Source of the DNA: Octopus sinensis
Lineage: Eukaryota
Direction: 5' to 3'
Assembly (NCBI RefSeq): GCF_006345805.1
Contig: NC_043020.1
Location: 12,276,001-12,340,000, forward strand
Length of the DNA stretch: 64,000 nucleotides
The first letter of the stretch is position 1. Every line of letters begins with the position of its first letter. Both the position numbers and the translations under genes were made by a program. The notes under the pieces were generated by a model. It saw only the letters and a program-made list of their open reading frames with translations, searched no databases and was not told where the DNA came from. Below are positions 12,765 to 26,876 of this stretch, piece after piece.

Positions 12765-13160
12765 TCTATTTCTTTACTAACCAAAAGGGGTTAAACATAG
12801 AGGGGACAAACAAGGACAGACACACGGATTAAGTCCATTATATCGACCCCAGTGCGTAACTGGTACTTATTTAATCGACCCTGAAAGGATGAAAGGCAAA
12901 AATCAACCTCGGCGGAATTTGAACTCAGAACGTAGCGGCAGACGAAATACCTATTTCTTTATTACCCACAAGGGGCTAAACACAGAGGGGACAAACAAGG
13001 ACAGACATAGGTATTAAGTCGATTACATCGACCCCAGTGCGTAACTGGTACTTAATTTATCGACCCCGAAAGGATGAAAGGCAAAGTCGACCTCGTAGCG
13101 GCAGACGAAATACCGCTAAGCATTTCGCCAGGCGTGCTAACGATTCTGCCAGCTCGCCTT
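12765..13160 (-). mobile_element. SINE family M dimer
   Basis: Two units with the same internal junction. Other family M copies/arrays: 13918-14145(+), 18645-18915(+), 27993-28222(-), 35849-36520(+), 37122-37541(-), 39945-40361(-), 42185-42491(-), 47030-47838(-), 51911-52140(-), 58858-59085(-; 18-bp TSD CCAGCCTC(T/C)CAACATAAT), 60065-60298(-), 63272-64000(-). Confidence 0.85.
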
Positions 13161-13869
13161 ATATATATATATATATATATATAACGTGATCACGTGACCG
13201 ACCAGACCATCAGATGTTGTTACACATCGCTGGTCACAATGCATTCGCATTGTTTTAGCCTTCGAATGACGCCACCCCGCTGGCTAAGCGAGCAGGCCAA
13301 CAGAAGAAAGAGTGAGAGGAAGTTGTGGGGAAAGAGTACAGCAGGGATCGCCACCCCCTGCCGGAGCCACGTGGAGCTTTTAGGTGTTTTCGCTCAATAA
13401 ACACTCACAACGCCCGGTCTAGGAATCGAAACCGCGATCCTACGACCGCGAGTTCGCTGCCCTAACCACTGGGCCATTGCGCCTCCATATATATATATAT
13501 ATCGCAAATATATATTCTAAGACAGGTGGAACCCATTGGTGGGTATTAGCATATTGTGTTTCCTATGTACTGCAATCAATGGCTAATGTCCATTATATAC
13601 TAGTTGATATAGTCTTACTTATTTCTGGCCACGTGTTTATTCAAAAGACGTTATCAAATCATGGCCGCCAACCATGTGGAATTACGTAAAGTTCTTTACG
13701 ATAGTAGTTATAGATAAGATGAAAAGACAAGGTCGACCGCGGTGGAATTTGAACTCAGAACGTCAAGACGGACGAAGTGCCGCTAAGCGTGCTTATGATT
13801 CTGCCAGCTCACCGCCTAAATAAAATGTCAAATGTTTTGGTGCCTGACTTTTGGCCGACCCTATATATA

Positions 13870-13916
<47 letters not shown>

Positions 13917-14264
13917 CAAGGCGGCGAGCTGACAGACACATTAGCGCGCCGGGCGGAATGCTTAGCGGTATTTCGTCTGTCGTTACGTTCTGAGTTCAAA
14001 TTCCGTCGAGGTCGACTTTGCCTTTCATCCTTTCGGGGTCGATAAATAAAAGTACCAGTTTCGCACTGGGGTCGATGTAATCGACAATCCGTTTGTCTGT
14101 CCTTGTTTGTCCTCTCTATGTTTAGCCCCTTGTGGGCAATATAGAAATATATATATATATATATAACGGGAAGGTTTACGAAAATAAACAAAAGACGAAG
14201 GCAGGTGGAGTACAAACAAACAAATGTATTAGTATGGCGCTCAGGAATAGAAATAGAAAAAGTC

Positions 14265-14299
14265 TTTTACGTTTCGAGCCTACGCTCTTCGACAGAAAC
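14265..14299 (-). ncRNA. Degenerate minimal hammerhead ribozyme motif (A6U)
   Basis: Minus strand GTTT CTGTCGA A GAGC-GTAG-GCTC GAA ACGT A AAA; core position 6 is U instead of A. Confidence 0.5.
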
Positions 14300-14352
14300 A
14301 TACACAGAAAAGAAACAAGGAAAGAAAAAATGCGTGTAGGAACTAACGGTCT

Positions 14353-14406
<54 letters not shown>

Positions 14407-15370
14407 TAAATAGATATAAAGACATAATTTGCACTGTATTGGTACTCTCATGTTTAAAATAGCTATAAACAGGTTTCACACTTTAATCATCAAGATAAAT
14501 AGCTACTTGTCAGTGAGACATTAATATTTAATTATCTTGCGTATTAAATGAAGAATAATTATTTGACGGTAATCCGATATGAAAGCTCTCCTTTTATCGG
14601 AAAGAAAGAAAAAAGTACATTTTTGGGAGAGTAAATGAAAACCGTATGTAAATGATAGAATTACCGTTAATTTATACAACACTGACAGTTCTATGATGGC
14701 TGTCCTTTGTTGGAAGAGAGTAAAGTGCAATGCTTAAGTTGCAGACGACAGCTAGAGTAATGGCGGAATTTTGTGAAACTGTAATAAGGAGTGGAAGTAA
14801 TATATTTGAGGAGAGGTAAACATCTTTGGTATACTAATTAGCAACACATAATATGGCATAGGTAAAGGAAAACTTGTGGAAACATGGTGGTCGTTGAGTG
14901 CAAAATGTGCTGGTAATAATATCTCGATTTATAATGTAATCACTATGGGGAGAAAGATTTAACTTCGTCGTTATAATCGTCATCGTCATCATTATATCCT
15001 CATCACCAACTGACGTTTGGAATTATATGTATCCTTAAAAAAAATACTGAACTTTTTATAAAAGTAACTTAAGTTTAAATAATATTATAGACGGTATTCG
15101 CACGCGTGTATGAGTATACATATACAGATTATAGAGTTCACACACACGTATGTATGTAACTGTCTGTCTGTCCGACGAGAAAGCAAAGTCTTCAGTGGTT
15201 TGTGAGGTCAACCGCGTCCTCCGCTTCATTTTTTGTTAATCACTCATTCTCATTTAATTGTATACATTTTAATTGTTTGTTTATTCATACGATACCCTGA
15301 CCCCAACGTTTGTTTTGTCTATCCCCGTATTGTCCCCTCTTTTTCTCAACCTTACGGTGAATAAAGAAAT

Positions 15371-15438
<68 letters not shown>

Positions 15439-15499
15439 TATAGAAAGTAATAATAAATCTCTGAACGAGATGTAAACAGTAACTGCTCGACAACGTAAA

Positions 15500-15752
15500 G
15501 TATACTAGCCATCTCAATATGGCTAGCCACTATGGGTGGGTGTTACTGTAGCTTGTAGCACCAGGAGAACATCGTCTTCAGGTGGCTTTAGGCACACTTT
15601 CTGTGCCCTTATGGTATTTGACCTCCCTTTGCAAATACCATAAGGGCACAGAAAGTGTGCCTAAAGCCAGCTGGAGACGATGTTCTCCTGGGGCTACAAG
15701 CTACAGTAACACCCACCCTTAGTGGTTAGCCATATTGAGATGGCAAGTATAC
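15500..15752. repeat. 253-bp near-perfect palindrome (fold-back element)
   Basis: Arms 15500-15620 and 15632-15752 (121 bp each, about 6 mismatches), 11-nt loop ACCTCCCTTTG, GTATAC at both ends. Confidence 0.92.
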
Positions 15753-16563
15753 CTCACCTTATAGAAAGTGTTGAACAGAAATGCAGGAGTTTCACAGTGC
15801 GCTTACAGCCCCTCTCAACCCTCCGCACGGTATGTTTGACGCTTCCACACTGGAATAAAATGGAATTAAGCAAACGAAGTACTCAATACTGTCGGGTAGA
15901 GTGGAATATTAATTAAAGGTGCGTCGTCCAAGTGAGAAGATTCTGGCTTTGGAGTGTGCGTATGTGTGCGTGCGAGAGAGAAGTGTATTATGCGCGCGCG
16001 CGCGTGTGTGTGTGTGGGGGGGGGGGCATCACGAACCCGTGTTTTCTCAATTTAAGAAAATAACAAAAACAATAAAAATCCAAATGATTGTGACATCAAC
16101 ACCAACAACACCACCACAGCCACTACCAGCTGCATCTCACCCAGCATCGCTTTCTATACCACCACCACCATACTACATCACAGTCACAACGACCACCACC
16201 ACCATCACAAGTTACAACTATTCCATCACCGCAGGAATTATTACCCGAACACCGACCCCCCCCGTCACTACTATTACTACCTTCTCCTCCACGTTCATCA
16301 ACACTGCTAACAACAACAATAACAAAAACAACAACAGCTGTAGCAGCAAAAACAGACAGACATTGAAATCTTATACTTTTGCGCATGGAAACATTTTATG
16401 CGAAGAATTCTAGATTACAGTTTGTCATTCATGTGTGCGATTGTGTGTGTGCAAATGCCTGTTAGAGCGTGTGTGTGTGTGAAAGTGTATATGTATGTTT
16501 ATAAATGTGTGTGCATTGTATATATCACTTGTTCCTAACCTAGTGAAAGTCAACTATATACAT

Positions 16564-16614
<51 letters not shown>

Positions 16615-16711
16615 TATTTATATATATATATATATATACACACACACATATTTATATATATATATATATAATACACACCACATATTTTATATATAATATA
16701 TACACACACAT

Positions 16712-16746
<35 letters not shown>

Positions 16747-16870
16747 TTTATATATATATATATATATCTCACTTATTCATAACCTAGTGAACGCTAACTA
16801 TATACATACAAACACACAACATATATATATATACATATATACAGAGATATACATATTTTTATATATGTGT

Positions 16871-16903
<33 letters not shown>

Positions 16904-17409
16904 CATGTTTGTATGTGAACATATGCCTGTGTTTGTAGAAGGACAGACAGATGATAAAAAGCGAGGCGTAAGGAATGTATTTATATGAACAATTGCGTAT
17001 ACAAATTACACAACATTGTAAGTTTCATCTTTACAGCTGTTTCAATGATTGATAATTCGCTGATATAACAATGCATATTATGCAAGAAGGTGCAATACTG
17101 AGGCATATCGTAAACCATACATAAAAGCAAAGCAAAGTAAAGTAACAACAAGCTCGTAATTTTGATAGCTCAGAATAGTAGAATCAGGATATTCTCTTCA
17201 GAAGGTGAAGGGTTTCTCAATTTCGTCATGATTGGATCGTTGAAGGCTGTGACCAATGAGTCGCTATGTTCCACAAAATACGATACGGAATAAATAAATA
17301 TTTATATGAACAATGCTGTCTTGTTGACGTAGACTTTTCTTTACGGTATTTTCCACTCAATCTCTTGCCCTGTGTGCCACAAAATTACCAATACCTCTTC
17401 AAGTATTAC

Positions 17410-18350
17410 GTGAGTGAGTGAGTGAGTGAGTGTGAGTGAGTGAGTGAGTGAGTGAGAGTGGTGTGTGTGTGAGTGAATGTGTGTGTGAGTGAATGTGTGT
17501 GTGAGTGAGTGTGAGTGAGTGAGTGTGAGTGAGTGAGTGTGTGAGTGGTGTGTGTGTGAGTGAGTGTGTGTGAGTGTGTGTGAGTGTGTGTGAGTGTGTG
17601 TGAGTGGTGTGTGAGTGTGTTGAGTGTGTGTGAGTGTGTGTGTGTGTGAGTGTGTGTGAGTGTGTGTGTGTGTGTGTGAGTGAATGTGGTGTGAGTGAAT
17701 GTGTGTGTGAGTGAATGTGTGTGTGAGTGTGTGAGTGTGAGTGAGTGTGTGAGTGAGTGGTGTGTGAGTGAGTGTGAGGTGTGTGAGTGTGTGTGAGTGT
17801 GTGTGAGTGTGTGTGAGTGTGTGTGTGTGTGAGTGTGTTGAGTTGTGTGTGTGTGTGTGAGTGAATGTGTGTGTGAGTGAATGTGTGTGTGAGTGAATGT
17901 GTGTGTGAGTGTGTGAGTGTGTGTGAGTGTGTGAGTGGAGTGTGTGTGAGTGTGTGTGAGTGTGTGTGAGTGTGTGTGAGTGTGTGTGAGTGTGTGTGAG
18001 TGTGAGTGTGTGTGAGTGTGTGTGAGTGTGTGTGAGTGTGTGTGAGTGTGTGTGAGTGTGTGTGAGTGTGTGTGAGTGTGTGTGAGTGCGTGTGAGTGTG
18101 TGTGAGTGTGTGTGTGTGTGAGTGTGTGTGTGTGAGTGAATGGTGTGTGAGTGAGGGTGTGTGTGTGAGTGAGTGTGTGTGTGAGTGAGTGTGTGTGTGA
18201 GTGAATGTGTGTGTGTGTGAGTGAGTGTGTGTGTGTGTGAGTGAGTGTGTGTGTGTGTGAGTGAGTGTGTGTGTGTGAGTGAGTGTGTGAGTGAGTGAGT
18301 GTGTGAGTGAGTGTGAGTGAGTGAGTGTGTGAGTGAATGTGTGTGTGTTC
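17410..18350. repeat. (GT)/(GAGT) compound microsatellite
   Basis: Mixed GT, GAGT and GTGTGTGA units. Confidence 0.95.
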
Positions 18351-20609
18351 ATTATGAGAGATGTTCTCTATTTTAATCTCAGCTGAGTCTCTTCAACAAA
18401 TGGCATCGGATATCGTTTCAGTGATATCACATACGTAATAATTTATGGTCACAGCAATGTGACATAATATTTTCGGTCGAATTTTGGAGTTTTAAAAATG
18501 TCATTATTTCTTTCGTTCGTTAGATATTTCTTGGTTATCTTTTGCTCTTGGAATGAAAAAGTAAAAACCCTCGAGATGTGACGTGATGCAACGATATCGA
18601 ATCCAAGAGAGACTACATTTTATGTTAATATTATCATCTTTAGGGGCGGCGAGCTGGGAGAGTCGTTAACACGTCAGGTAAAATGCTTAGTGGCATTTCA
18701 TCCGTTTTTACTTTCTGAGTTCAAATTCCGCTGAGGACGACTTTGCTTTTCATCCTTTCGGGGTCGATAAAATAAACACCAGTGAAGCACTGGGGTCGAT
18801 GTAATCGACTTAACCCCTTTGTTTGTCCTTGTTTGTCTCTATGTTTAGTCCCCTGTGGAACTAAACATAGAGGAGACAAACAAGGACAGACAAAGGGATT
18901 AATCGACTTAATCCCTCCCCCAAACTTTCTGACCGAGTTTTTCTCCCACAACTATTCTATTTTTATCTATGCTTTTCCGACGATCCTGGGTTCACCTCCT
19001 GAGGACTTCAGGAGGTGAATAGGAGTTCGCCACCGACTTGTAAGATGTTGTTTACTTCCCTTTCAAGTGCTTGGTTGATGTATTTATTTTGCTGCCGCTG
19101 TTTAATTACTGCTACCTGGGTGGTGATACCATATGACATTTGAAGGCTTGTCTGCACTGATCTTAAAACTATCCCCCCACTTTTTGCTTATGGAATACAG
19201 TCTGCCAATATCGCATTTTTTTCTGAAGAAGCTTCCAGTTGATGTTAGATTCTTGTGGGTTTCAGATCCGCTAAATATCTCAAATGTTGCGGAAGGAGAC
19301 TATTTGACGCAATTGCTTGAACTCTGAACCTTTGGCATGACTAACTTGACATTTGGCCTGTTTTGGCAAGACTATTTGGGGGTGGGGGTGGACTAGAAGC
19401 AAACACGCATACGCGTAGAAATTTAGACATAAAGATTGAAGGAGTGAGCGAGATAAAGAGATGGAGAGAGAAAATGAGAGAAGCGTTAAAACGTCTGATG
19501 TCAAATAAGTCTTCATCGAAGCATCCACGTCAAGTAAAAGACACCAAAATAGTCTCACACCCAAATGTTGGAGTCAGTACTGATACTGCAAACATTGGTA
19601 AGAATACTAATACTGCCAATGCATTGTAGGCTATTGCTTTGTTACAAGAATAAAGTTCTGAAGTCTAATATCATAATCTTTGGTCACTCTTTGCTCACAG
19701 TACCGTTCTATGATACATTTAAATCAACATTTGTTTATTCTTAGAGAAAATTGTTTGGAATAGAAGAGTTAGAGAGACCCTTAACGCATGTTTGGGGAAA
19801 TATTTTTTCGCATTCAACTATCAAACAAATTTCATTTACTAAATTTCATTTCAGTATCAACGCAGAATGTTACTTGATCCAGTTTTCTCAAGAGTGTAAA
19901 TATTTCCAGTTAAGATCTTTAGATTGCGCCCGTAAAGAAATTATGGCATACATTAGTGTACCTTCTTGCTGTAGACCCAGATACAACTTGTGGATTTTCT
20001 TTAAAAAATTTGTACCATGCATGCATACATGCATACATACATACATGCATGCAAGCCTTATTGGACCTAAAACTCTGCACAGGCATTGCCGACCTCTGCT
20101 CGATATGTGCATCATGTATGTGTGTATGTATGTATGTGTATGTACGTATGTATGTATATACGTATGTATGTATGTACGTCTTTTTCTGAATTAGTAACAG
20201 CAACAACAACATGAAAACCAAACAAACAAATAAACGATAGCATAGCAGCGCAAAGAAAGTCCCACCCCGTCCACCCACCAACATGTTATGGATGTTTCTC
20301 GAATCTAAGCTGTGAAATCCTCATTAAAATGAAGTTGGTGGAATATGAAACGAAATCGGTAAGAATATCCAAAGAAACATTCTAGTTTGGCGCTTCTCCA
20401 ACATACGACCCGCTGCTACAAAGTTCTTCATGTTGGCAGGAAGCCACGCATTTATAAAAGAAGTGGGTGAAGTTTAATTTCATTAACCTCAGTATGAGAC
20501 TGGTATTAATTATCAGCAACAACAACAACAACAACGACGGTTTCAAAGTTCGGCACGAGGCCAGCAATTTCGGACAAAGTGGGTTAAGTCGATTACATCG
20601 ACTGGCTCC

Positions 20610-20694
20610 CTTACACACACACACACACACACACACAGACATATATATACACACACAAATATATATACATACACACACACACACATATATATAT

Positions 20695-20729
<35 letters not shown>

Positions 20730-21120
20730 TACATACACACACACACACACATACATACATACATACACACACAAACATATATACATACATACACACACAC
20801 ACATATATATATATACATACACACACACATATACATACATACATACACACACACATATATATATACATACATACATACACACACATATATATATACATAC
20901 ACATATATATATATATACATACACATATATATACATACACAAACACATATATACACACAAATATATATACACACACAAATATATATACACAAACACACAT
21001 ATATATACACACAAACATATATACACACACACATATATATATATACACACAAACACATATATATACACACACAAACACACATATATACACACACATATAC
21101 ACAAACATACACACATATGC
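20610..21120. repeat. (CA)/(TA) compound microsatellite
   Basis: Visible low-complexity tract. Confidence 0.95.
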
Positions 21121-22282
21121 ATATTTTTTTCATGCCTACTCCGTTTACGTCTCAATTCTCGTGAATGAACCCTATTTTAAGGGTAGAAACCGGTTCCTTC
21201 TACATTGGTGAACAGTCTGGGAAAAATTACCTACCTACCTACCTACAGATATATATATATGTATATATATATATACTTACATACCTAACTACATATACAT
21301 ATCTACGTACCTAACTGTATATACTCAACTACTTACATATCTTTACATACATACCTCACTATATATATATATATATATACATACCAACATACACATATAT
21401 ATGAGCACATTCACATACACACACATACATTCCTGTGTGTGTGTGTGGGTGTGCGTGGCTTAGTGGTGATGGTCTGTGGAGTACTCAGCCACTTGCACGT
21501 TCATTTCACGAGCAAGCTGTTCCGTTGATCGTATCAGCTGGGACCCTCGACGTCGCAACCGACGGAGTACTCCTTACATGTTAGTTAACCCACAGCTCGG
21601 ATCCTAACAGGTGCTACTATCAGAGAACAGCATTGGCTAAAAGGTGGCCCCACACTCTTTAAAACACTGGAACTCCTGTGCCAGGAACCCAATATCGGAT
21701 ACAAACATACATATGTATGTGTGTGTATACAGATACACGCACACGTACATGTTTAGACATACATATACACACACGTACTGTATATACAGAATTGACGTAT
21801 AAATATCAAATGTAATCTCTGGTAATGATAAGCTCAATTAATAACAAGTCATTAAATTCCAATATGCTAATAGATTGCCGTAACTCCAAATGGGGCCGAC
21901 TTGCATGGATATACAAACATGGCTAAATCGCAAAACATTTAATAGATAAGCAGAAAAATATATATGAAATAGGCCTTTGTGCTAAATACATACTAAACAC
22001 ACACAACACAATAATAGTATTTATTTTTCACATTACACCAAATAATTATTAAAATTTTGTATACACTTTTACTCTTTTGCTTGTTTCAGTCATTTGACTG
22101 CGGCCATGCTGGAGCACCGCCTTTAGTCGAGCAAATCGACCCCAGGACTTACTTATTCTTTGTAAGCCTAGTACTTATTCTATCGGTCTTTTTTTTTTTT
22201 TGCCAAACCGCTAAGTTCCGGGGACGTAAATACACCAGCATCGGTTGTCAAGCGATGTTGGGGGGGGGGGGACAACCACAGA

Positions 22283-22325
<43 letters not shown>

Positions 22326-22784
22326 CGACAGGCTTCTTTCATTTTCCGTCTACCAAATCCACTCACAAGGCTTAGGTCGGCCCGAGGCTATAGTAGAAGA
22401 CACTTGCCCAAGGTACCACGCAGTGGGACTGAACCTGGAACCATGTGGTTGGTAAGCAAGCTACTTACCACACAGCCACTCCTGCGCCTATAGTATATTT
22501 ATTTTTAATTAATAAAATCATTAAAATGTTCCACCTTCTGTTTATACGATTTCCATTTGTACGGTGATCCGCAAAACCAGCCAGTCTACTGAATAATCCG
22601 AGGGACAACGGCATATAATTTTTTGTTCTTTTTTTCCCTTTTACGATCCCCTTTGATCGAAAACCTACGCCACCTTTTTTTTTGTTTCCTTTGTTTTTTG
22701 TTTTTTTTTCATCCCCCAAAAGAAAAGCTCTACCTTGTAACTTGTCCCATCTGTGGGCAGCCCTGTGTGGCCAATAAAGAAACT

Positions 22785-22817
<33 letters not shown>

Positions 22818-24075
22818 ATCTATCTCTCCCCGCTTTCCTATCGTTACTATTCCTGATTCATGCCTCTCTCTCTCTCTCTCTCTCTCTCCTCACCATCATC
22901 ATCATCCTCATCATTACAACCACAGCCGTCATCAACACCCCCATCATCATCAATTTTCTTTTTTCTCCTCCCTCATCTCTTGCCTACGTCTTTACCACCA
23001 TCCGGTAATAATATTTAAATAATTACAGATGAAACATATACATGCTGACCTTTAAACGCACACGCGCACATACACACTTCTTGACATACCAACAGCATCC
23101 ACATGCGCCCTCTATACAAGCTTCTATCTTGTATGTTTACAAACAAGATGGCATATATACATTATACTCTCACTCAAACACACAAACATAACTCATACCT
23201 ATCCACCCACCTACCTACCTACCTACCTACCCATCCATCTTTTTGCTCTCTTTTACTCTTTTACTTGTTTCAGTCATTTGACTGCGGCCATGCTGGAGCA
23301 CCGCCCTTTAGTCGAGTAAAATAGACCCCAGGACTTATTCTTTGTATAGCCTAGTACTTATTCTATCAGTCTCTTTTGCCGAACCGCTAAGTTACGGGGA
23401 CGTAAACACACCAGCATCGGTTGTCAAGCGATGTTGTAAGAGGACAAACACACAAACATATACACACATACAAACATATATAAATATATATATATATATA
23501 TATACATACACACACACACACACACGAGAGGCTTCTTTCAGTTTCCATCTACCAAATTCACTCACAAGACTTTGGTCGGCCCGAGGCTATAGTAGAAGAC
23601 ACTTGCCGAAGGTGCCACGCAGTGGAACTGAACCCGAAACCATGTGGTTAGTACTTATTCTATCGTGGGGGGACAAACACAGAAACACAAACATATACAC
23701 ACACATACATATACATATATACGACGGGCTTCTTTCAGTTTCCGTCTACCAAATCCACTCACAAGACTTTGGTCGGCTCCAGGCTATAGTAGAAGACACT
23801 TGCCCAAGGTGCCACGCAGTGGGACTGAACCCGGAACCATGCGGTTGGTAGACAAGCTACATACCACACAGCTACTCCTACGCCCATCCATATAAGTAAA
23901 TGTTTTCTCAAAACCTAACTCAGGCATATTTTTTGTGCAGCAATTTTCGAGAGTGCTCGACGAATTCATATCATGTGCATCCATGCATGTGTGTGTTACC
24001 TTTTAATGGTTTCAGTCATTAGACTGCGGCCATGCTGGGCACCGCCTTCAATTTTTAGTCGAAGGAAACGCCTCC

Positions 24076-24347
24076 AGTACTTATTCTTTAAGCTTAGTAC
24101 TTATTCTTTAAGCTTAGTACTTATTCTTTAAGCTTAGTACTTATTCTTTAAGCTTAGTACTTATTCTTTAAGCTTAGTACTTATTCTTTAAGCTTAGTAC
24201 TTATTCTTTAAGCTTAGTACTTATTCTTTAAGCTTAGTACTTATTCTTTAAGCTTAGTACTTATTCTTTAAGCTTAGTACTTATTCTTTAAGCTTAGTAC
24301 TTATTCTTTAAGCTTAGTACTTATTCTTTAAGCTTAGTACTTATTCT
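24076..24347. repeat. 20-bp tandem repeat (~13 copies) inside a family C SINE
   Basis: Unit AGTACTTATTCTTTAAGCTT, identical copies; flanks continue as SINE sequence. Confidence 0.95.
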
Positions 24348-24844
24348 CTTGGCCTCTTTTGCCGAACTGCTAGGTTACAGGAATGCAAACTCACCAACAC
24401 AGATTTCAGGGTCCCACAGCTTTTTAATATTCTCCCTAAGAGCCTGGGGGACCCTACATAAAGTGGATGTAGGTGGATGTAGTCAAAACTGGATCTCATC
24501 TTCTCGAGAGTCCCAGATGAACCTACCTCGCGGCAGGAGGTGCAAAATTGAGAGTAGCGACATCAAACTCCCTTATTCACCAAATGCCACATATCAGAGG
24601 AGGTTCTCAATAATAACAGTGTAGCAAAACAGCGGTGCCCCAGCATGGCCACAGCGAGTAAAACTGGAATCAAAGGGATCTATAGGTAAACAAATGGTTG
24701 AGGAACACTAACATAATAAAGGAGTCGGCTGCAATGATGTCATTTTTTCAACCTGGAATTTATTTGCTATCGAGAACGAAGTGCAGAAGGAAGGAATTTC
24801 TCTCGTTTGGTCTTCTGGAGATAATTGAATTCAGTGAGGCAACA

Positions 24845-25238
24845 TCTATATATATATATAAAGCTGAAGTTGTCTGTGTGTGGCAGGTTTGGTAGCCTTC
24901 AACTAACACTATCTCCCCCGAGACCCTGCAGCGCAAGTTGACTAAAATTGAGAGTATGATAGAAGACTTGCTCTTTATTCCGTAAAAGAAAAAATTCAAA
25001 TCGGACCATGTTAAGACCAAAAATTATTAACATCAAAAAGGTGCTTTTTTTTTCTATGAAAATGCCTATTTTTTTACGATTTTTTTACTATTGTGTAGCC
25101 ATTTTTCAGTGTATTTCAACCAGAAAAATGTTCACTTAAAGAGAATAACAAGTTACATAATGCAAAATGTTTACTTTTCAAAAATTCCAATTCTAAAGGG
25201 TCGAAACAAACCCGAGCAACGCCGGGCAATACTGCTAG
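24845..25238 (+). mobile_element. Non-autonomous Helitron-type element (394 bp)
   Basis: 5' A|TCTATATA..., 3' hairpin CCCGAGCAACGCCGGG (25211-25226) 8 nt before terminal CTAG|T; no TSD. Confidence 0.8.
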
Positions 25239-26219
25239 TTTGCCATAAAGTTCTGCGAGAGATACTTTACAACATTGAAGATCTTCAATATTTAGTTGCA
25301 AAGTTGCTGCCTGACCAAAGAAAAACAAGACTGAACAACCAACGATGTTTGATGAAAGAAAAATCGGGAGCGACATAAAGGCGTTTGTTGCTACATGTTT
25401 ATATACGTGAGTAATGTATACATGTGTAATATATGTGTGTATTTGAATAAGTATATGTATATGTATGAATATGTGTATATATCTATAGATATGTCTGTGT
25501 ATGTGTATGAATATATATTTCAAAGACTAAATATTTCATATAAATGCGTGTATTCATGGATAAGTATCCGTCCATCCCTACAATACTTATGTATTTGTGT
25601 ATGTATATGTAAATCGATTTGTATGATCGTGTATAGATGTATATAGGTGCAAGAGTGGCTGTGTGGTAAGCAGCTTGTTTACCAACCACATGGTTCCGGG
25701 TTCAATCCCACTGCGTGGCACCTTGGGCAAGTGTCTTCTACTATAGCCTCGGGCCGACCAAAGCCTTGTGAGTAGATTTGGTAGACGGAAACTGAAAGAA
25801 GCCCGTCGTATATATGTATATATATATATATACGTGTGTGTGTTTGTGTGTGTGTTTGTCCCCCTAGCATTGCATGACAACCGATGCTGGTGTGTTTATG
25901 TCCCCGTTACTTAGAGGTTCGGCAAAAGTGACCGATAGAATAAGTACTGGGCTTCACAAAAGAATAAGTCTCGGGGTCGAGTTGCTCGATTAAAGGCGGT
26001 GCTCCAGCATGGCCGCAGTCAAATGACTGAAAAGAGTAAAGAGTATATTAAATTATATATGTGCGTGTATACATGCGGGTGCTTGTGCATATATATGCGC
26101 TTGCATTTGTGTGTATCTTTACACATACGCTCACATACGTTTATGTGTTATATAATATATAGGTATACGTATATGTGTGTGTATGAGATATTTTCGTGTA
26201 TGTATATATATATATATAT

Positions 26220-26250
<31 letters not shown>

Positions 26251-26546
26251 TGTGTGTATTATATGTGTATCATATACCGTATGTATCAGTCAATTACGCA
26301 CACGCACACAAATGTAAGTCTACCTAAGCGTGATTGTGTACACGTACGTGGCTGTGTATGTGTGCATATGTAGAGCGAGGAATCAAGGTGTGTTGCACCT
26401 GTGAAATTTAATCAGCCACTGTGATAAGGGTGGTACGTACATTTGAAACGGGTAAACAAACAATGTTACTAATCAGAACATACCCCGCTAGCCGAACATT
26501 AGAAGTATTTGCGCTCTGATAGCAACGGCGCCATACTTTGAGAGAG

Positions 26547-26826
26547 AGAGCGAGGGAGAGAGAGAGAGAGAGAGGGCGTGAGAGAGAAAGAGAGAGAGAG
26601 AGAGAAAGAGCGAGAGAAAGAGGGAGAGAGAGAGAGAGAGAGAGGGAGAAAGAGCGAGAGAGAGAGGGAGGGAGAAAGAGAGGGAGAAATAGCGAGAGAG
26701 AGAGAGAGAGGGAGAAAGAGCGAGAGAGAGAGAGAGGGGGAGAAAGAGCGAGAGAGAGAGAGAGGGAGAAAGAGCGAGAGAGAGAGAGGGAGAGAGGGAG
26801 AAAGAGCGAGAGAGAGAGGGAGAAAG

Positions 26827-26876
<50 letters not shown>

